Below are positions 18,069 to 27,042 of a stretch of DNA of 45,376 bases, in pieces (the first letter of the stretch is position 1; each line of letters opens with the position of its first letter). Origin of the DNA: Candidatus Stahliibacteriota bacterium (GTDB lineage Bacteria > Hydrothermota > UBA3072). The position numbers and the translations under genes are program-made. The stretch is taken from NCBI GenBank assembly GCA_030668705.1, contig DAOVFB010000002.1, positions 1 to 45,376 on the forward strand, written 5' to 3'. The notes beneath the pieces are model-generated. The model saw only the letters and a list, made by a program, of their open reading frames with translations. It had not been told where the DNA came from and ran no database searches.

Positions 18069-18542
18069 TTAGACCCCCTCTATAATTTCAGAACGCTTCT
18101 TAAGGAGTTTTAATCCATTCTCAATATAATCGTTTACATCATCAAGCTCGGAATCAATATCAGTACAGGATATAAAATCTTTCACCCAATGGAGAAGTTC
18201 AAGGTCAACTTTATAAACAGAACGTAATGTATCCATGGAAATCTCCTTCTCGTCAAAGAACCCGCTATATCCATACTCAGCATATCTTATTCCATCCATT
18301 AACTTCTCCAATCTTTTCCTTATCTGTTCAATTCCGTCAAGTGGGGAGAGATCCCCGGACTTAGTTATAATTCTACCCTTTTCATTTAGAATATCCTGGA
18401 TATCATTTAACTTATGGAATATCCTCTCTCTCAATCTCTGGTCGTTCTCCCTTCTCTTTTCCTTTTTGTAGTATCCTCCGAATCCAGGGATTCTTTTTGC
18501 AATATCATCAACCCACTCACTAAGTGATTCCTCTAAAGACAT
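18069..18542 (-). CDS. Conserved alpha-helical hypothetical protein
   Basis: AAAGGAG Shine-Dalgarno; IPGFGGY..KE.RR.ND..LR and A.YGYSGFF motifs; coiled-coil-like; 1 nt from the SPFH gene start. Confidence 0.8.
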   Translation of the reverse strand: MSLEESLSEWVDDIAKRIPGFGGYYKKEKRRENDQRLRERIFHKLNDIQDILNEKGRIITKSGDLSPLDGIEQIRKRLEKLMDGIRYAEYGYSGFFDEKEISMDTLRSVYKVDLELLHWVKDFISCTDIDSELDDVNDYIENGLKLLKKRSEIIEGV

Positions 18543-18595
18543 AATTTACTCCTTTAAAGTTCGACTTATTTTCAATCCTTGCTAATATCCCTTCC

Positions 18596-18946
18596 TTAGA
18601 ATTTAAACTTCTCTGACAACATATATATTCCCAGAGGAGCTTCCCAGTATTTCCCTGTTAGGGATTGAATAATTCCAGCAATAGCAAGAACCACCAAAAT
18701 GATCCATCCAACAATCCAAATAAACCAACCTAAAATCGGGATATGACTTATTATCCATAGAGCAAACCAGCACAAAAACATTACCAATCCCTGCTTTGCG
18801 TGATGTTTACAGAATGAGTTATCCGGTTTCACCAGGAGTGGAATAAGCAATAGAATACCAAGATATGAAAGCCATGCGATACTTTTCCCTTCTTCTATAG
18901 CACTATCCGTATCAATAATCTCTTTCCCCTTTTTCACATCAGCCAT
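18596..18946 (-). CDS. DUF4870-like small membrane protein
   Basis: AWLSYLGIL...HAKQGL...IPILGW...G.YW.APL, three predicted TM segments; AAGGAGG before ATG 18946 (ORF track start 19006). Confidence 0.82.
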   Translation of the reverse strand: MADVKKGKEIIDTDSAIEEGKSIAWLSYLGILLLIPLLVKPDNSFCKHHAKQGLVMFLCWFALWIISHIPILGWFIWIVGWIILVVLAIAGIIQSLTGKYWEAPLGIYMLSEKFKF

Positions 18947-19054
18947 TTTAACCTCCTTTGCTATTTTTTCTTTAAAAAATTCTGGATTCAAGTAAAAAAT
19001 TCCCAAATCTTCCTATAGTATTATCCATATCCAACCCTGTTATTCACTGATTTC

Positions 19055-19083
19055 AATATAACAATTTCATAAAGAAAAGTCAA
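19055..19083 (-). promoter_or_regulatory. Promoter TTGACT-17-TATATT with extended TG, upstream of the SPFH operon
   Basis: Minus-strand TTGACT at 19083-19078, with TGt-TATATT ending at 19055. Confidence 0.55.
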
Positions 19084-19258
19084 GAAAAATATTTACTCTT
19101 CATTAAGGAGATTTAAGTATCGGGCGTAAAGCTATAAATTGTGTAAATGTTTGCCTTTTAAAGTATGTAACTTTTTCGACTAAATATAAATACAGGCCAG
19201 TAAATTAAACGGTAGATAGCAAAAATTTAAGACATTAAAAAGAAGCAAACGGCAAGTT

Positions 19259-19471
19259 TTATTCTCTTATTATCTTATTCAACTCCATAATCAATGAATC
19301 AACATTTACATTGTTTCTATCTGCTTCCTCACCAATAGTTCCCCAAACCGGATCTCCACAGACTATCGGATTCATACCAAAATCCATAAATACATCAATA
19401 GTATCGGGGTATTCTCTTACAACATCCTCTACTGTCGAGAGAGCAGTAATTTCCTTATGCATAAGCCTCAA
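19259..19471 (-). CDS. DUF1858 domain small protein
   Basis: TVEDVVREYPDTIDVFMDFGM..C....TI.E.A....VD.LI.ELN pattern. Confidence 0.8.
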   Translation of the reverse strand: MRLMHKEITALSTVEDVVREYPDTIDVFMDFGMNPIVCGDPVWGTIGEEADRNNVNVDSLIMELNKIIRE

Positions 19472-20736
19472 TATCCTGGCCCCGAAATTTTACTTCTGTC
19501 TTCGGGAAGGATAAGGCCTTCCCAGTTTGGTTCTGTGGGTTCTGCATCAATGCTGGAGTATATTATATCGTACTCACCTGACATATCCCTATCCATAAAA
19601 ATGAACCATTCCCCAGTGTCAAAATAGTGCCAGATGATATAAGGATCGACCTCTAGTTCAGAGGTTCTCCTTATTATATCATCAGGGGGGCCATATTTTA
19701 TATAGATCCTTCCCCTATCGGTAAACCGTCCTTCCTTTCCCCTTTTTTCGGTAGAAAAGTTTTGATCTGAATTTTTCACTCTCGTAACAAAGTCGATTAA
19801 TGCTTCATTCTCTCTTGTATCTGGATCTGGGTCCCTTCTACTCCAGAATTTAAGGAGGAACAATTTCTTTCCTGGAAGGGTAAGGGAATTTAACTCCCTC
19901 ACCTCCCTTGAACTCGCAATATAATTTATGAAGGAAGCATATTCCAGAATAGAATCAGGAATAGAAAAAGTTGCTTTTCTTTTGATTTCTTTAATAGAAA
20001 AGCGCTTACTGGACATCGCCACATGCAAATCACCACGCGCTATTAGTTTTAGTGTATATGTTCCCGGAGAATAGCCCAAGACATTTGCTATCATTGGTAT
20101 AACAATCATGTCACCTGCAGTTTCGTAATGACTATTAAATACTGTGTCTATCTCATCTCCCCTACCTGTGATGATATATGTAATCAAAACAGAATCTTCC
20201 TTTAAACCATAAAGTTCGCAATAACTCGCAAGTAGATACCTATTTTTACTGAACGTTCTCCTCGGGAAAGGAATCAGCTTATAACCATTCTTTACAAAGC
20301 TGTTTTCCTCAGTTGTCGGTAGCAGAGTATGAGACACCTGAATATCACTAAATTGGAATTTGTCACCCCAATCTCGAGAAACAATTGTGGTTTCAGCCCA
20401 GAATGGCTCTCCTTTATTGTTTTCTATCTCTAATCTAATATTATATCTTTTTTTCGAACCGAGCACAACAAGCCGAACATCAGAGAATTCTAACTCCTCA
20501 TCCGGGTTGGAAACATTAACGGTTTTATGAAACGTCTCACTGAATGTTTCTTTTGTAGCTTTATCAGTAATTCGAAGAATAACGGGAAATTCAGCAGTGA
20601 ATTTTCCGCCTGCCTCATTAAACTTTAATCCTTTAGTGGGCATTGAGTAGTATATCTCACAGTACGTTTCCTCCGGAGACAGGGAAAATTGGGCTATATC
20701 AAGATTTATCGTTAAACTTAACAATACAAGTACCAT
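19468..20736 (-). CDS. GWxTD domain-containing protein
   Basis: FWSRRDPDPDTRENE...GRFTDRGRIYIKYGPPD...IWHY; hydrophobic N-terminus. Confidence 0.88.
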   Translation of the reverse strand: MVLVLLSLTINLDIAQFSLSPEETYCEIYYSMPTKGLKFNEAGGKFTAEFPVILRITDKATKETFSETFHKTVNVSNPDEELEFSDVRLVVLGSKKRYNIRLEIENNKGEPFWAETTIVSRDWGDKFQFSDIQVSHTLLPTTEENSFVKNGYKLIPFPRRTFSKNRYLLASYCELYGLKEDSVLITYIITGRGDEIDTVFNSHYETAGDMIVIPMIANVLGYSPGTYTLKLIARGDLHVAMSSKRFSIKEIKRKATFSIPDSILEYASFINYIASSREVRELNSLTLPGKKLFLLKFWSRRDPDPDTRENEALIDFVTRVKNSDQNFSTEKRGKEGRFTDRGRIYIKYGPPDDIIRRTSELEVDPYIIWHYFDTGEWFIFMDRDMSGEYDIIYSSIDAEPTEPNWEGLILPEDRSKISGPGY

Positions 20737-21861
20737 CTAAAAACCTCTCGGTGGGTTTATTAGTTTATATTCTCCAAGATTATATTGTTCGACAAAAACC
20801 AATCGGTAATCCTTAATATAATAGTACCATATCTCATATGCTTTACCCTCCATCTCAAAAGGATGGCGCTCAACGTAATCGGGAGGACCAAGAAGAATGT
20901 AAGCCTTACCCCTATCGCTCTTCCACCCTTCAGTAAGTCCCGTGGAAAAATGCTCCTGTACATAATCTATCTTTCTAAAATATTCTTCCTTGAATTCATT
21001 GATTTCATCACCACTGGTGGGATCACGCTTTCTCCAGAATTCCTGCCAGAGTTCCTTCCTTTCTTCGACCTTAGCTTTAAGGAGTTCGTCCATTTCCTTT
21101 GTTGTTGCTATATATGTAAGCTCTCTGACCCTTTTGAAAAACATTTTTGATTGGAAAAATGGTTCTCGTATTTCGAAATCCATGGACCTTTCTCGGATTT
21201 CCCTGCCATTAGTACCTTTCAGTTGCACCACCAATTTATACGTATTTTCAGGGAATTGATTTGCCCCTAAATTTATATTGATTAAATACCTCTTACTACC
21301 TTCAAGCAATGTATCAGTCTTGGAATATATACCCCCTTTGCTGCTCCTGTAGTAATAAGATAATTGCCCTCCAACTTTCCCCTTATCAAATACTATAATT
21401 TTGACCCTTACTGTGTCCTTGGTACTGATGATATGTGAAGGGTCAGAAAACCATTGTATTGAACCAATATCCAGCGGCTCTATCTCCGGAATCTCAATAT
21501 CCTCCTCCCAACTCCAGCGTCTGTTGGATTGGAGATCCCAGATATTTAAAATTACCTTATAATCACCATTCCTAAGTTCTTCCTTAAGTGTCCCAGCAGA
21601 ACTCTTATTGGGAGAAATGGTTTCCAAATAGTCCTTTACCACTATTTTCTCTTTGTTACTCATTCCTCCAATTTGATGTTTCCCTTTCTTAACAACAAGG
21701 ACTGAGATGTACCTTGCCTCGTAGAGAGTGTCTTTTTTATAAAAGGTAACATCAGAATACGGAATCTTATAATGAGCAATTACGTAGGGTATTAGATTCG
21801 TATCTCTCTCTACTTGAAAATCAGTATTTATTGCACCAGAAAGAAAGAAAATAAACCACAT
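20737..21861 (-). CDS. GWxTD domain-containing protein
   Basis: FWRKRDPT...NEFKEEYFRK...GWKSDRGKAYILLGPPD...EIWYY. Confidence 0.9.
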   Translation of the reverse strand: MWFIFFLSGAINTDFQVERDTNLIPYVIAHYKIPYSDVTFYKKDTLYEARYISVLVVKKGKHQIGGMSNKEKIVVKDYLETISPNKSSAGTLKEELRNGDYKVILNIWDLQSNRRWSWEEDIEIPEIEPLDIGSIQWFSDPSHIISTKDTVRVKIIVFDKGKVGGQLSYYYRSSKGGIYSKTDTLLEGSKRYLININLGANQFPENTYKLVVQLKGTNGREIRERSMDFEIREPFFQSKMFFKRVRELTYIATTKEMDELLKAKVEERKELWQEFWRKRDPTSGDEINEFKEEYFRKIDYVQEHFSTGLTEGWKSDRGKAYILLGPPDYVERHPFEMEGKAYEIWYYYIKDYRLVFVEQYNLGEYKLINPPRGF

Positions 21862-21895
21862 ATTCTTATGTTAACATGCTATTCTTTAATGTCAA
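21862..21895 (-). promoter_or_regulatory. Promoter TTGACA-16-TAACAT with extended TG, 6 nt before the ATG (leaderless); the -35 lies inside the pilR 3' end
   Basis: Minus-strand TTGACA at 21895-21890, TAACAT at 21873-21868, ATG at 21861. Confidence 0.65.
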
Positions 21896-23222
21896 GTGAA
21901 CCTAAATCCAAACTCTTTAGCTTTCGATACAGGGTCGAGGGATGGACACCCAGAAGGTCTGCAGCCTCTTTTTTCTTTCCCCTCGAAATCTTTAAAGCCT
22001 TTATAACCGCTTGTCTTTCAAGAAATTCAAGGTTTAATGACCCGGACAACTCTTTCCTATTGGTATTTTTAGGGAAGGAGTCTTTATCAATTATATCGCA
22101 ATCTTCCAGTACTATCACTCTCTCGAGAAGATTTTCTAATTCTCTTACATTTCCCTTCCAATCATATTCGAAAAGTGTTTTCATTGCCTCATCAGATAGT
22201 TCCTTCCTTTTCATATTCAGTCTTTTTGATATCCTTTCGATAAAATGTTCTACAAGAAGCGGGATGTCTTCTTTTCGCTCGCGAAGAGGCGAAACACAAA
22301 TTGGTATTACATTCAAACGATAGTAGAGATCATCTCTAAATTCTCCTTTTTCAACTAACTCTTCAATATTCCTATTAGTTGCAGATATTATTCTAACATC
22401 AACATGTTCTGGTTTTGTATCTCCGAGGGGGGTAAATTCCATTGTCTGAATTGCCCTGAGGAGCTTTGGTTGAAGACCCAGAGGAAGAGTGCTTATTTCA
22501 TCAAGAAATAAAGTTCCTCTATTTGCAACCTTGAACAGGCCTTTCTTATCCTTATCTGCACCTGTAAAGGCTCCCTTCTTATATCCGAACAATTCTGATT
22601 CCAGTAGTTCAGATGGGAATGCAGCACAATTTATAGGGACAAATTTCCCTACTCTACTTGAATTATAATGCAAAAGATTTGCAACCAGTTCTTTACCCGT
22701 CCCACTCTCTCCTGTAATAAGAACCGGAGAATCAGTAACAGCAACCTTTTCAATCTTTCTCTTTATATCCTCAATCTTCTCGCTCTTGCCAATAAGTTCA
22801 AACTCTTTAAGCTTCTCCCTCCTGAGGTTTACATTCATTTCTTCAATTCTTGCTTTTTTCAGCGCTTTCCTCAAACGCAATAATAACTCAGCCATCCTGA
22901 AAGGCTTTGTTATGTACTCAGAAGCACCCCCTCTAATAGCCTCAATCGCTGATTCCACTGAAGAGTAAGCCGTTATCAATATAACAACAACACCAGGATC
23001 TTTCTCCTTGCAGTACTTCAATACTTCCATCCCCGAAGCCTCAGGCATTTTTATGTCGGTTATTACTGCATCGTAATTCCCCTCTCCAAATTTTTCTATC
23101 GCTCCAATTGGATTACAAAATACGTCCACACTATAACCTTCTTCCAGGAGACCCAGCTTGATTACTTCAAGGAGATTCCTTTCGTCATCTATTACGAGAA
23201 TCCTTTCTTTCACATCCTTCAT
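21879..23222 (-). CDS. pilR: Sigma54-dependent response regulator (REC-AAA+-Fis HTH), PilR-like
   Basis: VIDDE, TDIKMP, GESGTGKE, GAFTGA, FLDEI, WKGNVRELEN, C-terminal HTH; position after pilC-pilS. Confidence 0.85.
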   Translation of the reverse strand: MKDVKERILVIDDERNLLEVIKLGLLEEGYSVDVFCNPIGAIEKFGEGNYDAVITDIKMPEASGMEVLKYCKEKDPGVVVILITAYSSVESAIEAIRGGASEYITKPFRMAELLLRLRKALKKARIEEMNVNLRREKLKEFELIGKSEKIEDIKRKIEKVAVTDSPVLITGESGTGKELVANLLHYNSSRVGKFVPINCAAFPSELLESELFGYKKGAFTGADKDKKGLFKVANRGTLFLDEISTLPLGLQPKLLRAIQTMEFTPLGDTKPEHVDVRIISATNRNIEELVEKGEFRDDLYYRLNVIPICVSPLRERKEDIPLLVEHFIERISKRLNMKRKELSDEAMKTLFEYDWKGNVRELENLLERVIVLEDCDIIDKDSFPKNTNRKELSGSLNLEFLERQAVIKALKISRGKKKEAADLLGVHPSTLYRKLKSLDLGSLDIKE

Positions 23223-24718
23223 ATTGTAATCCTGAATTTAGTACCCTTGTTTAATTGACTGTCAACCTTACAATCCCAGCCGTGTAACTCTATAATCTTT
23301 TTTACAATAGCAAGTCCAAAGCCAAATCCATCATTAAAACGAGAATAGAATGGAGAGAAAATTCTCTTTATATCCTTTTCAGGTATCCCACAGCCCGTAT
23401 CTTCCACTCCGATAACAATCTTCCCGTCTGTATGGCAATTAAAAATTAGTTGTCCTCCGTTTCTCATTGCCTTAAGGGAATTCGTACCAAGATTAAGGAG
23501 TGCACTTCTCAGAAGTGCCTGGTCTGCTTTTATTTTTATAGTATCACTAACTCTATTTTCGATGCTAATATTATCATCGAAATACTTGCTTTTCTTAAGT
23601 AATATTTCTACTTCTCCACAGAGGTCACGCAGATGAACCTCCACTGGATTAATTTCTAAACCCCTGGTAAAATCCAGAAAGTTCAGAACCAATCCATCCA
23701 GATGGTCAGACTCCTCTATAATTAACCTTTTAAGGCGTCTGTTCTTATCAAAGTATTCTCCTTTCTCCACATCAAATAACTCAGCTGAAGCCCTTATCGA
23801 AGACACAGGGTTTCTGACACTATGCGCAAGGTTTGCAGCAAATTGTCCAATGGTAATTAGCTTCTCACGCATTTGTATTTCCTCTTCACGTTGCTTTTCC
23901 AGAGTTACATCATTAATCAATAAAATAGTTCCCTGTCCCTGGTGTAATTCATTTCTTCTAATCCTATAAATCCTATCCCGAAAATCAATCTCCGCTTCTT
24001 TTTTTTCATCGGAAAATACCTTCTCCAGCGAGTCATAGAAAGGACCAGGTAAAATTCTGTCAATATACTTACCCGGCTCTAAATCATCATCAAGTAAAAT
24101 CGAAGCTATTTCATTACTCCAGACAATTCTTCTCTTATCGTCAATGGTTAGAATTCCATAATCAATGGCTCCTAATATATCACCTGTGGTAACTCTCAAT
24201 CTAATCATTTCCCTCCTAAATCTTTCAACAACAAAAGAGGAAAGAGCAGCAGTAAACAAAAAGGATAGGGAATAAATGATATAATTCAGCAAAACATCTG
24301 GCAGGGAAGGAACCGGAGGCAAAGTAATCAGCACAAGACGCTCAGGTATATAACCGGGGAATACAAGACAAATCAACCCATAGAGTAAACCAGAGTAACC
24401 AGCTGTAATAAAAGAATCAAGAGGAGCAAGCAAATAAGCGGAAAGGACTATGAAAGTAAAATAAAATGGCGCAAAAGGACTATATACGCCACCGGTAAAG
24501 ATGATAAATATAGAAAGATAGGTAGAATCGATAAGGATATTGAAAAGCTTTATTTCCTTCTGAAGGGTACGAACGAGAATTTCATCAATAATAAAAAGAA
24601 GTAAAAAAATTAATAAAGGGAATAAACTCCCCCCCTCCTTAATAAAGAAAATAGTAATACCCAGGACAGAAATAAAAAGAACGGTCCGGTAAAGAAAATA
24701 TCTACTGAATCGGTTCAC
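23219..24718 (-). CDS. pilS: Membrane sensor histidine kinase, PilS-like
   Basis: Multiple N-terminal TM segments with TGGVYSPF, PAS-like region, H-box AHSVRNP, DTGCGI, PFYS, GFGLAI. Confidence 0.82.
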   Translation of the reverse strand: MNRFSRYFLYRTVLFISVLGITIFFIKEGGSLFPLLIFLLLFIIDEILVRTLQKEIKLFNILIDSTYLSIFIIFTGGVYSPFAPFYFTFIVLSAYLLAPLDSFITAGYSGLLYGLICLVFPGYIPERLVLITLPPVPSLPDVLLNYIIYSLSFLFTAALSSFVVERFRREMIRLRVTTGDILGAIDYGILTIDDKRRIVWSNEIASILLDDDLEPGKYIDRILPGPFYDSLEKVFSDEKKEAEIDFRDRIYRIRRNELHQGQGTILLINDVTLEKQREEEIQMREKLITIGQFAANLAHSVRNPVSSIRASAELFDVEKGEYFDKNRRLKRLIIEESDHLDGLVLNFLDFTRGLEINPVEVHLRDLCGEVEILLKKSKYFDDNISIENRVSDTIKIKADQALLRSALLNLGTNSLKAMRNGGQLIFNCHTDGKIVIGVEDTGCGIPEKDIKRIFSPFYSRFNDGFGFGLAIVKKIIELHGWDCKVDSQLNKGTKFRITI

Positions 24719-24721
24719 TAT

Positions 24722-25930
24722 CTATCCCATAAACTGAGAAGCCATCTGGAAGATCGGAAGATACATGGCCATAACCATACCACCGATAATGACTGCAAGA
24801 AACACAATAACTACTGGTTCAAGTGCACTCATTAGATTCTGTACCGCCTGATCCACCTCATCATCATAGAAGTCTGCGACCTTTTCTAACATTTCATCCA
24901 ATCCACCAGTTTGTTCTCCAATCGTTATCATTTGAATAACCATTGGAGTAAATATGCCTTTTTCTTTAGCGAGTGGCTCAGCTATTGATTCTCCCTGTGC
25001 AATTGATGTTCTCGAACGTAATATTGCATTTTCTACGACTTTGTTGCCTGTGGTTCCAGCGGTTATTTCCAGAGCATCCAATATATTAACACCACTGGCC
25101 AGCAAAGTGGCAAGGGTGCGAGAGAATCTTGTGATTGCTTGTTTATTAATAAGTGTTCCGAATATTGGAACTTTCAAAAGGAAAGCATCTATGCGGAGAT
25201 GTCCATCCTCTGTTCTATAATAATATCTTATGGCAATCAATAATCCCACCACCACCGCTATGATATAAAGTATATAGCTTTGCAAGAAATTGCTAAGTGC
25301 TATTACGACTCTTGTAGGTCCTGGTAACTGTGCTCCAAGTCCACTATACATTTGTGCAAAGGTCGGAATAACAAAGAGTAACATTATTGCAACAGCCATA
25401 ACAGCAACTATAGCAATCATTGCAGGATATATCATCGCGCCTTTAATCTTTCTTTTTATCTCATCAGCCTTTTCAAGATATTCAGCCAGTCTACCAAGTA
25501 TCGTTGCGAGTGCACCACCTTTTTCACCAGCTTCCACCATATTAATATAGAGATCGCCAAAGGTATCCTTATACCTTCTGAGACCATCGGCCAATGTAGA
25601 TCCTCCTTCGACAGAGGAGATAATGCCTTTCAGAATATCCTTAAACTTCTCTGATTTAACCTGTTCAACCTGTATTTCAAGACATTTTATTAAAGGCAGC
25701 CCTGCATTTATCATCACTGAGAACTGTCTGGTAAAAACAGAAATATCCCTGTTTGATACCTTCCCCTTTAAGAAAGGTAATGTTATTTCCCTTGGTTTTG
25801 GACGCACTGAAGTAGGTACAACTTTTCTTTCTCTTAATATACGATGTACTTCTTCAGGATTACTTGCTGCTATCTCTCCATTTTCTATAGAGCCACTTGG
25901 CGTCCTGCCTTTCCATAAATAGACTGGCAT
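24722..25930 (-). CDS. pilC: Type IV pilus inner-membrane platform protein PilC (GspF family)
   Basis: FTRQFSVMINAGLPL, AGEKGG.L, AMIYP, GEQTG.LDEML, AMYLPIF. Confidence 0.95.
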   Translation of the reverse strand: MPVYLWKGRTPSGSIENGEIAASNPEEVHRILRERKVVPTSVRPKPREITLPFLKGKVSNRDISVFTRQFSVMINAGLPLIKCLEIQVEQVKSEKFKDILKGIISSVEGGSTLADGLRRYKDTFGDLYINMVEAGEKGGALATILGRLAEYLEKADEIKRKIKGAMIYPAMIAIVAVMAVAIMLLFVIPTFAQMYSGLGAQLPGPTRVVIALSNFLQSYILYIIAVVVGLLIAIRYYYRTEDGHLRIDAFLLKVPIFGTLINKQAITRFSRTLATLLASGVNILDALEITAGTTGNKVVENAILRSRTSIAQGESIAEPLAKEKGIFTPMVIQMITIGEQTGGLDEMLEKVADFYDDEVDQAVQNLMSALEPVVIVFLAVIIGGMVMAMYLPIFQMASQFMG

Positions 25931-25940
25931 TCTTCACCTC

Positions 25941-27017
25941 CTATTGTACAACCGCTGTTTTTTTCTGTATCATTTGCTCTAACTCATTTGGGTCCCTGGA
26001 ATATGACATACCATCCTCTAACGATATCTTCCGTTCTACATACAACCTATAGAGTGACTGATTCATGGTCATCATGCCATATTTTCTCCCTGCCTGGATA
26101 TGGGAGTAGATTTGATGAATCTTCCCATCTCTTATCAAAGCCTTTATGGCAGGGGTTCCATATAATATCTCCAATGCGAGTTCTCTACCCCCAGAAATTT
26201 TAGGGATTAAACTTTGAGTTATAATCCCTAAGAGTACAAAGGATAATTGAGCGCGAACCTGAGCCTGCCGGGTGGATTCAAATACATCTACTATTCTTGA
26301 AATTGACTCAGCAGCTGAATTTGTATGAAGTGTAGCAAGTGTCAGGTGACCGGTTTCAGCGATATTCAATGCTGATTCCATAGTTTCCTGGTCACGCATC
26401 TCTCCTATCATAACCACATCAGGATCCTGTCTTAATATATATTTTAATGCAATCATAAATTTATCAGTATCAGAACCGATCTGTCTCTGATTTACAATTC
26501 CTCTCTTGTGTCGGAAAAGATATTCAATAGGATCTTCTACTGTTATAATATGGGATTTTCTCTCTCTACTTATTTTATCAATAATTGCAGCGAGTGTTGT
26601 TGATTTACCGCAACCGGTCGGACCGGTAACCAGAATTAATCCCTTTTTCGCATTAGCCATTTCAGCAACTACAGCAGGAACCCCTAATTGCTTAAAGGTA
26701 CGAATCTTAAAAGGTATTGTTCGTATAGCGGCAGCAATCTGACCCCTCTGGTAGAAGACATTTGCCCTGAAACGAGAGAGACCTGGAATCCCAAAACTTA
26801 AATCAAGCTCCTTATTCATCTCGAATTTCTTCTTCTGTTGATCATTTAGTACTGAATAAATGAGTCTTTTCAACAGATCCGGAGAAAGGGGGTCATAGTT
26901 AGTACGCTCCAATTCCCCATCCTTTCTATACATAGGTGGTGCTGCCACTGTAAGGTGAAGATCAGTTGCATCTCGTTTAACCATCTCTTCTAATAAATCT
27001 TTCATATTAAGTGCCAT
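25941..27017 (-). CDS. pilT: Type IV pilus retraction ATPase PilT
   Basis: ATDLHL, RFRANVF, GPTGCGKSTT, EDPIE, RQDPD, GEMRD, AETGHL, AIKALIRD (AIRNLIRE-like). Confidence 0.95.
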   Translation of the reverse strand: MALNMKDLLEEMVKRDATDLHLTVAAPPMYRKDGELERTNYDPLSPDLLKRLIYSVLNDQQKKKFEMNKELDLSFGIPGLSRFRANVFYQRGQIAAAIRTIPFKIRTFKQLGVPAVVAEMANAKKGLILVTGPTGCGKSTTLAAIIDKISRERKSHIITVEDPIEYLFRHKRGIVNQRQIGSDTDKFMIALKYILRQDPDVVMIGEMRDQETMESALNIAETGHLTLATLHTNSAAESISRIVDVFESTRQAQVRAQLSFVLLGIITQSLIPKISGGRELALEILYGTPAIKALIRDGKIHQIYSHIQAGRKYGMMTMNQSLYRLYVERKISLEDGMSYSRDPNELEQMIQKKTAVVQ

Positions 27018-27042
27018 AAAACCCCTCTAAATTTTAATTCTC

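Noticed and set aside
19084-19258. AT-rich intergenic stretch as a possible ncRNA or riboswitch
   Set aside because: No stable stems or recognisable RNA-family motifs are visible by eye.
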